Part shown: positions 56,488 to 64,000 of the stretch, one piece after another
Layout of the letters: every line of letters begins with the position of its first letter
Numbering within the stretch: the first letter of the stretch is position 1
Notes under the pieces: model-generated
The model's input: the letters and a program-made list of their open reading frames with translations, nothing else
Told to the model about the DNA's origin: nothing
Database searches by the model: none
Translations under genes and position numbers: made by a program
NCBI GenBank assembly: GCA_964502365.1
Contig: CAZCWQ010000003.1
Coordinates: 2,148 to 66,147 of the forward strand
DNA: 64,000 nt
Source of the DNA: an uncultured Desulfobacterales bacterium
GTDB lineage: Bacteria; Desulfobacterota; Desulfobacteria; Desulfobacterales; C00003060
Direction: 5' to 3'

Positions 56488-57828
56488 ATGGAATATAAGA
56501 TTCAAGAGGTAAGCGAAAGGTTACAGGTCCCGAAATCTACCATCCGATATTGGGAAACAGAGTTTCCAGAGTTGGTAAGGCCCAAGAGGACTAATGGCAG
56601 ACAGAGGAGATATTCTGAAGAAGACATCAGTAACTTAAGACAAATCAAGAACATACTTTATCGAAAGAATAGAACCATCGCTCAAGCGAGGAATATTCTC
56701 CGAATGGGAAATGCGGATATCGGAAAAATAGAGTGGGAAAAACAATCGATTCTGGTGACTGGAGGAACAGGATCCTTTGGCAAACACTTCTGTAAGTTGA
56801 TGCTTGAGAAATATCACCCCAAGGTCATAAGAGTCTATAGTCGTGATGAACTAAAGCAACATGAAATGCGCCAAGAATTTGGTGAAGATTGGGTAAGGTA
56901 TTTTATCGGGGACGTTCGAGACGCTGATCGCTTGGAGAGGGCCATGGAAGGGGCGGATATCGTCGTTCATGCTGCGGCCCTGAAGCAGGTTCCAGCTTGT
57001 GAATACAACCCGTTGGAGGCCGTTAAGACTAACATTCATGGTGCACAGAATATCATAGATGCAGCTATCGACACAGGAGTCAAAAAAGTGATCGCATTGA
57101 GTACGGACAAGGCGGTAAGTCCTGTTAATCTCTACGGGGCGACAAAACTGTGTGCTGAGAAGATTATCATCCAGGGAAATGCCTACTCCGGCCCGCGAGG
57201 CACGCGGTTCGGTTGTGTCCGCTACGGGAACGTCATCGGGAGCCGCGGCAGTGTTATTCCCCTCTTCATAGAGCAAAAGAAAGGTGGAAAAATAACGATA
57301 ACTGACAAACGGATGACGAGATTCTGGATTACACTCGACCAGGCAGTAGAACTGGTTGTTAAAGGGCTTTCTCATATGCAGGGAGGAGAAATCTTCGTGC
57401 CCAAAATCCCAAGTATGAAGATCATGGACCTGGCCAAAGCCATAGCTCCGCAATGTGAGATTGAGGTTATCGGTATAAGACCGGGAGAAAAGCTCCACGA
57501 ATCTCTGATCACACAAGAGGAGGGGAGAAACACGGTGGCCTGCGAGGGTATGTATGTCATTATGCCAAACTACGCGTGGTGGGAGAGGCAAAATCACAAA
57601 ACTGGGCAAAAGATATCTGAAGGCTTTGTGTATACCAGCGACAAGAATGACGAATGGCTGAGCGTGCAGGATCTGAAGCAAATTGTGGGTGACTCTTTCT
57701 TGCGGGAAGAAGAGTCAGCTTCTCGAGTGCTTTCCACCATCCATCGGTTAAATAAGAGGGTCGTTTTGAACATGATCAATGCTGAGGAATGTATACCAGA
57801 AAGCCCAGCCCAGTTCGCTGTTCACTGA
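56488..57828 (+). CDS. pseB: MerR-type HTH domain fused to UDP-GlcNAc 4,6-dehydratase (inverting), PseB/FlaA1-like
   Basis: ATG 56488 is preceded by GGAG (alternative ATG 56476). The N-terminal ~80 aa YKIQEVSERLQVPKSTIRYWETEF...RRYSEEDISNLRQIKNIL fits a MerR HTH. The remainder, ILVTGGTGSFGKHF...SRDELKQHEM...YGATKLCAEK...RYGNVIGSRGSVIP...MTRFWITL...IFVPKIPSMKIMDLA, aligns along its length with H. pylori FlaA1/PseB as remembered. Confidence 0.8.
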   Translation: MEYKIQEVSERLQVPKSTIRYWETEFPELVRPKRTNGRQRRYSEEDISNLRQIKNILYRKNRTIAQARNILRMGNADIGKIEWEKQSILVTGGTGSFGKHFCKLMLEKYHPKVIRVYSRDELKQHEMRQEFGEDWVRYFIGDVRDADRLERAMEGADIVVHAAALKQVPACEYNPLEAVKTNIHGAQNIIDAAIDTGVKKVIALSTDKAVSPVNLYGATKLCAEKIIIQGNAYSGPRGTRFGCVRYGNVIGSRGSVIPLFIEQKKGGKITITDKRMTRFWITLDQAVELVVKGLSHMQGGEIFVPKIPSMKIMDLAKAIAPQCEIEVIGIRPGEKLHESLITQEEGRNTVACEGMYVIMPNYAWWERQNHKTGQKISEGFVYTSDKNDEWLSVQDLKQIVGDSFLREEESASRVLSTIHRLNKRVVLNMINAEECIPESPAQFAVH

Positions 57829-57831
57829 TAG

Positions 57832-59193
57832 GTGTTCGCCCGCAAGAAGTTTGGAATATCCGCCCACTGGAAGAGAACGGTGCATGTACAACAGACAATA
57901 GAGGGTAGTGAAAATCCATTTATTCCCTATGGGCGTCAATGGATTGACGAGGAGGATGTGGAGGCCGTAATTGACGTTCTACGCTCAGCCTGGATAACCC
58001 AAGGTCCCAAAGTAGGGGAATTTGAGGCTGCCTTCGCCAGTTACGTAGGGTCTCGCTTTGCCGTGGCGGTCACCAGCGGTACTGCTGCGCTTCACCTGGC
58101 CTGTCTTGCGGCTCATCTTGGGCCCGGAGACGAAGTCCTAACGTCTCCCATCAGCTTCGTGGCAACGGCAAACTGTGCTCTTTACGTGGGGGCCAGACCT
58201 GCCTTTGTGGACATCGACCCGATGACTCTTAACCTGGATCCGCAGAAACTTGAAGCCTATTTGGAGGAAAAGGCCCCTTCTAAGAAGAATCGAAAACAGA
58301 ATGCACGGCATCAGCCTTGCCCGCGTGCTGTCATACCGGTCCACTTTGCAGGTCTTCCTTGCGATATGGCACAGATTCGGCGAGTTGCCAAGAAATTCAA
58401 TCTTGTTGTCATTGAAGATGCCTGCCACGCCTTGGGGGCAGAATATAACAGGGATGGGAACAAGGAGCTGGGAGAGGACCCCTGGACAAGAGTCGGCAGT
58501 TGTATTGACTCAGACATGACCGTCTTCAGCTTTCATCCTGTGAAACATATCACTACAGGAGAAGGCGGCATGGTTACCACCAATGACGAGACTTTGTACG
58601 AGCGACTTCTCCTTTTCAGAAATCACGGCATTACCCGCAATCCTGACGAGTTCACGGATTGCGGTTCAGCGTTGATTCGAGGAAACTGTGGCAGAGACAT
58701 TGCGAAACATAATACCATTGCGTGGTACTACGAGATGCAAAACCTTGGTTATAATTATCGAATCAGTGATCTCCAATGTGCTCTGGGCCTGTCGCAGTTA
58801 CAAAAAATTGGATCCTTTATTCAGCGACGGCGCTTTATCGCAGAACAGTATTCAGATTCTTTGCGACGTTATCCTAGATTGGTTCCACAAAAAGAGATGG
58901 AGGGCTATAAGTCTTCATATCATCTATACGTCATGTGCGTACATGCTCATGCCAGGATCGGGCGAAATGAGGTGATGGATGGCTTAAAACACATGGGCGT
59001 TGGTACCCAAGTCCATTATATCCCAATCTATCAACATCCTTTCTACAAGAAATTGGGATTTGCTGATGGTAACTGTCTTAATGCTGAAAAGTATTTCAGG
59101 CACTGCTTGTCTATTCCCATATATCCTGCAATGTCAGAGGTGGATATTAGTCGAGTGCTGGGTGCTCTTGAGGTAGTAGGGAGGATTCTCTAG
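57832..59193 (+). CDS. pseC: DegT/DnrJ/EryC1-family aminotransferase, PseC-like
   Basis: FIPYGRQWIDEEDVEAVIDVLRSAWITQGPKV and the PLP-lysine context SFHPVKHITTGEGG. The start is uncertain (GTG 57832 or GTG 57880). Confidence 0.8.
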   Translation: MFARKKFGISAHWKRTVHVQQTIEGSENPFIPYGRQWIDEEDVEAVIDVLRSAWITQGPKVGEFEAAFASYVGSRFAVAVTSGTAALHLACLAAHLGPGDEVLTSPISFVATANCALYVGARPAFVDIDPMTLNLDPQKLEAYLEEKAPSKKNRKQNARHQPCPRAVIPVHFAGLPCDMAQIRRVAKKFNLVVIEDACHALGAEYNRDGNKELGEDPWTRVGSCIDSDMTVFSFHPVKHITTGEGGMVTTNDETLYERLLLFRNHGITRNPDEFTDCGSALIRGNCGRDIAKHNTIAWYYEMQNLGYNYRISDLQCALGLSQLQKIGSFIQRRRFIAEQYSDSLRRYPRLVPQKEMEGYKSSYHLYVMCVHAHARIGRNEVMDGLKHMGVGTQVHYIPIYQHPFYKKLGFADGNCLNAEKYFRHCLSIPIYPAMSEVDISRVLGALEVVGRIL

Positions 59194-60324
59194 ATGAATT
59201 TGACCGTGGCTCCCCTGACGCCTGAGCATCATGATGCCTGGGATGCTGTGTGCGAAAAAAGCCATGAGGCTTGGTTTTGGCATTCCACAAGATGGCTTGA
59301 ATACACGCTTGCATACAATCCTTCCCTTGAAAGCCAGTCCATGGCCTTTCTCCTGTATGACGGTTGTACGGCGGTGGCCGCGGTGCCGATTGTCATCGAG
59401 CGACAACCTCATGACGGTCTCTTTGCTCGAGAGTTTTCATTCGGCGGTGGATGGTTGCCGTCTCCTGTGTGCGTTGATGGGCTGTCTTCGAAACAGAAAA
59501 AACAGGTGTTTCGGGTTGCCTTCGATCGGATTTTTGTACTTGCTAGACAAGAGAATGTTGGAAGGATCAGATATCGTTCAAATCCTTTTGAGCATGTCAA
59601 ATCAGGGCTGGAGAGTCTGATCCCAGTAACGGTTCAGTTTGGCTTTACGTCTCACATCCTTCCCACGCAGATAATCGACGTCCGGAAAAGTCCTGTCGAG
59701 ATACTCAAAGGGATGCGTAAGGGGCACAGAAGCGATATCCGAAGGGCGGAGAAGGAATTGGAAGGCTTTGTGATGTCAGACAAGAATGCATCTGACGACC
59801 TTTTTGCATCATATCAACAGCTCCACGTGAAAGCCGCGGGAGGACAGACCAGGCCGTCTGAAACCTTCGAAATGATGTGTCAATGGATTCGCGATGGCTA
59901 TGGCATTCTCGTCGGAGCCAGTTTGAAGGGCACGCCTGTCAGTTTTGCCTATGTAAACATCTTCAAGGACTGCGCCTACTACAGTTCGGCCTGCAACGAC
60001 CCTGAAATCAAGGACCTCCCGTTAGCCCATTTCGTGCAGTGGGAGATTCTCAACTGGCTGCATGAGCACGCTTTTCACTACTACGAGATAGGGTGGCAGG
60101 TGTACGATTCCACAGAGGTTGTCCCTGCCTCTGACAAGGAGGTTGCGATTTCCCGCTTCAAAAGGGGATTTGGAGGTTTTACTGTGCCCATGATTGTCTC
60201 GGAGAGATTTCTTTCACGTGAGGAGTATATGTCTGTAAGCCATGAGAGAATAGTCCGTTTTGCTGAGACGTTGCCAGAATCAATTGAGTCTTCTGCACAG
60301 GCAATACGAGGGGCTCTACGATGA
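59194..60324 (+). CDS. FemAB-like / GNAT-fold acyl- or aminoacyl-transferase
   Basis: 376 aa. KGHRSDIRRAEK and AISRFKRGFGGF resemble the conserved FemAB-family blocks. It lies directly after pseC (TAG then ATG). Confidence 0.5.
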   Translation: MNLTVAPLTPEHHDAWDAVCEKSHEAWFWHSTRWLEYTLAYNPSLESQSMAFLLYDGCTAVAAVPIVIERQPHDGLFAREFSFGGGWLPSPVCVDGLSSKQKKQVFRVAFDRIFVLARQENVGRIRYRSNPFEHVKSGLESLIPVTVQFGFTSHILPTQIIDVRKSPVEILKGMRKGHRSDIRRAEKELEGFVMSDKNASDDLFASYQQLHVKAAGGQTRPSETFEMMCQWIRDGYGILVGASLKGTPVSFAYVNIFKDCAYYSSACNDPEIKDLPLAHFVQWEILNWLHEHAFHYYEIGWQVYDSTEVVPASDKEVAISRFKRGFGGFTVPMIVSERFLSREEYMSVSHERIVRFAETLPESIESSAQAIRGALR

Positions 60325-61787
60325 AAGTTCTCTTTTTTCAATATGCAGATTACCTCGAGATAGGGATCCCCGGGGGGCTTTCCATATTGAGCGCCCTTCT
60401 CAAAGAGCAAGGACACGAGGTAAAGCTATTTGATACTGCCTTTCTGAAGCCGGCCCATTACAGCCGAAGCCTGAAGGCGGGCCCTGCAATATTCAAGCAG
60501 ACTGCTTACACCCTTGAGGATCTGGTGGAAGATGACCCGATCGTTGATCTAAATGAAGAGTTTTCCACGGTATTAAGGGAGTTTCAGCCTGATCTTCTGG
60601 CCGTTTCGGTCATGACCACCAATGCCGACGAGACCTTGGAGATGTTGAGACGGGCACAACCAGACTGCGTGGTGGTAATGGGTGGAGTGCATGCCACATT
60701 GAGTCCTGAAGAAATACTCCGTGAAAAGGTGGTTGACCGGGTCTGCGTCGGCGAGGGCGAAGGTGCCCTTGTGGATCTGTGTGATGCCTTGGACAAAGGC
60801 AACGATGTGACAGAAATCACCAATCTGTGGTCAAGGAATAACGGTGCGACAATCAAGAACCCACTTCGTCCTTTTCAGGATCTTGATCATTTGCCTGTGC
60901 CAGACTGGTCCATCTTTGACGAACGGCACCTCTTCCGGCCTTTCGAAGGAGAGGTTTATAGAGGATCGTTCATAACGACCTCTCGCGGTTGTCCTGGAGG
61001 GTGCACATATTGCGTAAACAAAGCCCTGCGCAGGATTTGCCGTGGCTGTGGAAGCTATTTTCGCCGTCAGTCCCCCGGAAAAACCATCCACAACATTCGG
61101 GTTTTGAAGGAAGAACACGGGGCGACTTGGTTCAAATTTGCCGATGATACCTTTCTGCTTCATTCCGTTGACGAGATGACGGCCCTGAGAGACGGCCTCA
61201 AACAATTGTCAATCCAATTCGGTTGTTCAGTACAGCCTCTCACTATTACGGATAAGAAGGTGAGGCTTGCAAAAGAAATGGGGTGTGTGGCGATGACTGT
61301 GGGCATAGAAAGCGGTAATGAGAGGATAAGAAAAGAGATCCTGAACCGAAAGATCTCCAATGAGAGCTTGAAAAATAGTATCCGCACCATCATTGAAGCT
61401 GGCATCAGGGTATCTACCTTTAACATGATAGGCTTGCCTGGGGAGACTAGAGATAATGTTTTTGAAACCATCAGGTTCAACAAGGACTTGGGTATTAAGG
61501 CAGCCAACGTGTACATTGTCTATCCCTTTCCAGGGACAGAGATTTCGAGCATTCACAAAACAAACTACCGGGATGCAGATGGGAAAATGATCCCGATGAG
61601 CGAGGCCGCCGGATTCAATCTCTCCAGAATGTCTCGTGAGGAATTAGAGGGGCTGCGCAAGACATTCAACCTTTATCTTGTGCTACCGGAAACCTATTGG
61701 GATCAGATTGGACAGGCCGAAGGCCAGGATGAACGATCTCAGCGCGTATTTGACGAGCTGGAGGAATTGGCGGCAAGCTATGTTTGA
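60321..61787 (+). CDS. B12-binding-domain radical SAM enzyme (class B type)
   Basis: 488 aa. An N-terminal Rossmann-like cobalamin-binding region (AVSVMTTNADETLEML, VVMGGVHAT) is followed by SRGCPGGCTYC (CxxxCxxC). ATGA overlap with the upstream gene. Confidence 0.75.
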   Translation: MKVLFFQYADYLEIGIPGGLSILSALLKEQGHEVKLFDTAFLKPAHYSRSLKAGPAIFKQTAYTLEDLVEDDPIVDLNEEFSTVLREFQPDLLAVSVMTTNADETLEMLRRAQPDCVVVMGGVHATLSPEEILREKVVDRVCVGEGEGALVDLCDALDKGNDVTEITNLWSRNNGATIKNPLRPFQDLDHLPVPDWSIFDERHLFRPFEGEVYRGSFITTSRGCPGGCTYCVNKALRRICRGCGSYFRRQSPGKTIHNIRVLKEEHGATWFKFADDTFLLHSVDEMTALRDGLKQLSIQFGCSVQPLTITDKKVRLAKEMGCVAMTVGIESGNERIRKEILNRKISNESLKNSIRTIIEAGIRVSTFNMIGLPGETRDNVFETIRFNKDLGIKAANVYIVYPFPGTEISSIHKTNYRDADGKMIPMSEAAGFNLSRMSREELEGLRKTFNLYLVLPETYWDQIGQAEGQDERSQRVFDELEELAASYV

Positions 61788-61811
61788 AGCTTTTGTAAGG
61801 GTTGTATCAAG

Positions 61812-62813
61812 ATGTTGGTTGCCGTAATCGGCTGCGGTTCCATCGGGAAACGGCATATTTACAATCTCGTTTCTCTCGGGGTGCAGGATGTTCTTGCATA
61901 CGACAAGGATCCAGAACGACTTGCCATTGCCACGGCAGAATGCGAAATCAGCAAGATATCTTCCTTCTCGGAGGTGCTTTCGGCCAAACCGGATGCAGTC
62001 GTTGTCTGCACACCTACTAGTTTGCATGTTCCCATAGCCCTTGAGGCTGCAAGAGGAGGCGCCCATCTGTTCATTGAGAAGCCCGTGTCCCACAACTGTG
62101 ACGGACTGGACGAGCTCCTTGCCGAAGTCAAAAAGCAGAAGCTTGTGACAATGATTGGTTCCAACTTCAAGTTTCATCCAAGTTTTTTGAAGATGAAAGA
62201 AATTCTGCTCTCCGGGGTTCTGGGAAAGGTGCTTTCAGCTCGCTGCCAATTCGGCCAATACCTGCCAGACTGGCATCCATGGGAAGATTACAGAAGGACT
62301 TATAGCGCAAGGTCTGAGCTGGGAGGTGGTATCCTGTTGGATTCTCATGAATTCGATTACATGGCATGGTTCCTAGGTAAGGTAGATCAGGTCTTTTGCC
62401 TGTTAGGGAAGCTGAGCGATCTCGAGATTGATACGGAGGATACAGCTGCCATTATTCTGAGGTTCAAAAGCGGGACCATTGGCGAGATGCACTTGGATTA
62501 TAGCCAACGGACATACCAGAGAAATTACGAGTTTTTTGGAGAACACGGGACCCTGCAATGGGATTTTGGCGATAGAAAGGTTTGGCTCTATAGTGCCAAG
62601 GGAAAAAAGTGGGAGGTTTTTGAAGAACCCAGAAATTATGATCTCAATGAGATGTATGTAAAAGAGATGAGACACTTCATTGATTGTATTCAGAATGGGA
62701 CCAAGCCAGTTACGGATCTCGGTTCTGGATGCGAAGTATTAAAAGCCATAATGGCAGCTAAGGTTTCGGCAAAGCAAGGACAGATTGTTTCATTAGAAGA
62801 AAGGTGCCACTGA
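61812..62813 (+). CDS. Gfo/Idh/MocA-family NAD(P)-dependent oxidoreductase
   Basis: 333 aa. MLVAVIGCGSIGKRHI Rossmann start and an EKP motif (LFIEKPVS). Confidence 0.75.
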   Translation: MLVAVIGCGSIGKRHIYNLVSLGVQDVLAYDKDPERLAIATAECEISKISSFSEVLSAKPDAVVVCTPTSLHVPIALEAARGGAHLFIEKPVSHNCDGLDELLAEVKKQKLVTMIGSNFKFHPSFLKMKEILLSGVLGKVLSARCQFGQYLPDWHPWEDYRRTYSARSELGGGILLDSHEFDYMAWFLGKVDQVFCLLGKLSDLEIDTEDTAAIILRFKSGTIGEMHLDYSQRTYQRNYEFFGEHGTLQWDFGDRKVWLYSAKGKKWEVFEEPRNYDLNEMYVKEMRHFIDCIQNGTKPVTDLGSGCEVLKAIMAAKVSAKQGQIVSLEERCH

Positions 62814-62814
62814 G

Positions 62815-64000
62815 ATGCTTGTCGGCATAGTCCAGGCTCGTATGGGATCCACCAGGTTGCCGGGCAAGGTGCTTGCCACTATCCACGGACAGCCCATGCT
62901 TTGGCATGTACTGAACAGAGTGAGCATGGCCCAATCATTAGAAAAGGTGGTTGTGGCAACGTCAACAGTTCCGACTGATGATGCCATTTACGATTTTTGC
63001 GCACGAAATGGATTCGCATGCTTTCGTGGGAGCGAGAAAGATGTGCTTGACCGCTTCTATCAGGCTGCTAAGCACTTCAATGCCCATGCGGTGGTTCGTA
63101 TTACTGCTGACTGTCCACTGGTTGATCCTCAGGTTGTGGAAAAGGTAATTCATACCTATCTGAAAGGCGGCTATGACTATGTTACCAATACACTATGCTA
63201 CACCTACCCGGATGGCCTGGATGTGGAAGTTTTTTCGTTTACAGCACTGGAAGCAGCTTGGCAGGAAGCCCAGATGCCTGCTGAGCGTGAGCATGTCACG
63301 TCATTCTTCCGGACGGATGGTCGGTTTCTGGTGTACAACGTTACAAATGAGATTGACCTGTCAAGCCGTTACCTGCGCTGCACAGTAGATGAGCCTTTAG
63401 ATCTGAAATTCGTCCGTGCTGTCTATAGTCGGCTTGGATCAGAGCAGCCGTCTTTTGGTATGGCAGACATTTTGCGCTTACTTGATGAAGAACCACATCT
63501 TATGGAGATCAACAAGGGAATCATTTGTAACAGAGGGTACTATAAATCACTTGCTGATGAGCCGCCCATTCCTCAACAGAAGCAAGTGCTGAAACAATCA
63601 TATGAACTGAAGAAGAAAGCCGAAAAGCTGATCCCCTCATGTACTCAGACCTTCAGCAAAGGGCCTACGCAATTTGTCCAGGGGGTTGCACCGGTTTTTG
63701 TGAGGCGCGGGGAGGGGAGTCATGTGTGGGATGTCGATGGCAACGAGTATATTGACTATTCCATGGCCCTTGGGCCGATTATTCTAGGCTACAAGTATCC
63801 CGCCGTGACCGAGGCAGTTCAGCAGCAGATGCAAGATGGTTCGACGTTTTCTCTACCCCATCCGTTGGAGGTGGACTTGGCAGAGTTGCTTGTTGACATT
63901 ATCCCGTGCGCGGAGATGGTGCGCTTCGGGAAGAACGGCTCAGATGTCACATCAGGAGCTGTCCGTGTGGCACGGGCCTACACTGGGAAGGATATTATTG
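62815..64000 (+). CDS. Cytidylyltransferase (SpsF/PseF-like) fused to a class III (glutamate-1-semialdehyde aminomutase-like) aminotransferase; 3-prime end beyond window
   Basis: It is absent from the ORF track because there is no stop in the window. ATG 62815 opens a frame that stays open to 64000. The N-terminal part is MLVGIVQARMGSTRLPGKVL...RITADCPLVDP. From about aa 265 it reads TQTFSKGPTQFVQGVAPVFVRRGEGSHVWDVDGNEYIDYSMALGPIILGY...RFGKNGSDVTSGAVRVARAYTG. Confidence 0.7.
   Translation, partial: MLVGIVQARMGSTRLPGKVLATIHGQPMLWHVLNRVSMAQSLEKVVVATSTVPTDDAIYDFCARNGFACFRGSEKDVLDRFYQAAKHFNAHAVVRITADCPLVDPQVVEKVIHTYLKGGYDYVTNTLCYTYPDGLDVEVFSFTALEAAWQEAQMPAEREHVTSFFRTDGRFLVYNVTNEIDLSSRYLRCTVDEPLDLKFVRAVYSRLGSEQPSFGMADILRLLDEEPHLMEINKGIICNRGYYKSLADEPPIPQQKQVLKQSYELKKKAEKLIPSCTQTFSKGPTQFVQGVAPVFVRRGEGSHVWDVDGNEYIDYSMALGPIILGYKYPAVTEAVQQQMQDGSTFSLPHPLEVDLAELLVDIIPCAEMVRFGKNGSDVTSGAVRVARAYTGKDII

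Noticed and set aside
56851-57681. Long antisense ORFs. Examples: 276 aa at 56851-57681, 238 aa at 3716-4432, 212 aa at 48902-49540, 177-178 aa at 21179-21712, 36183-36719 and 53550-54083, and 163 aa at 23157-23648.
   Set aside because: Each lies entirely opposite a gene with strong recognisable family motifs (pseB, cytidylyltransferase/methyltransferase, recC, heparinase-like, membrane protein, recD, asnB). Their translations are low-complexity and Arg/Ser/Pro-rich, which is typical of shadow ORFs.
1-64000. Scan for CRISPR arrays, rRNA/tRNA genes, intact IS elements, integrases, toxin-antitoxin pairs or recognisable phage-defence genes next to recBCD.
   Set aside because: I could see no repeat-spacer periodicity, tRNA T-loop/acceptor signatures, transposase or integrase motifs, or defence-type ATPase/nuclease ORFs. 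Every ORF above about 150 aa is explained by the annotated genes or by their antisense shadows.

Overview
All calls come from reading the sequence and the translated ORFs by eye; no database search was run. This is a gene-dense bacterial window with a gene content typical of anaerobes (possibly Desulfobacterota-like; this is a guess). It splits into four parts.

(1) Positions 1-32718 hold about 29 co-directional plus-strand genes forming a very large surface-glycan biosynthesis and decoration cluster. It contains:
- many extended-SDR sugar-nucleotide enzymes
- two nucleotidyl/cytidylyltransferases
- glycosyltransferases: two GT2, one GT4, one YfhO-like GT-C, and a WecA/MraY-type initiating transferase
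- four SAM methyltransferases
- a carbamoyltransferase
- a heparinase II/III-like protein next to AsnB
- a radical SAM enzyme
- two alkaline-phosphatase-superfamily proteins

(2) Positions 32.7-46.2 kb are housekeeping and metal homeostasis genes. They include a PPi-dependent phosphofructokinase, a polytopic membrane protein and an FmdB zinc-ribbon protein. A feo operon follows, headed by a Fur-FeoA fusion. Next come a stand-alone fur with a Fur box, a zur-znuACB operon, and a dapA-like gene behind a clear lysine riboswitch.

(3) Positions 46.5-55.3 kb carry recC-recB-recD.

(4) A 1.2-kb ORF-poor region with strong nested hairpins precedes the start of a pseudaminic-acid-type nonulosonic acid cluster. 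That cluster contains a MerR-HTH-PseB fusion, PseC, a FemAB-like protein, a B12 radical SAM enzyme, a Gfo/Idh/MocA oxidoreductase, and a cytidylyltransferase-aminotransferase fusion that runs off the window.

No rRNA, tRNA, CRISPR array or intact mobile element was seen.

Most interesting observations:
- three unusual domain fusions: Fur-FeoA, MerR-PseB, and WecA-like plus a CapD/WbaP-type N-terminal module
- an unassigned 11-kb module predicted to make a CMP-activated substituent
- two genes that appear to need non-ATG/GTG/TTG start codons
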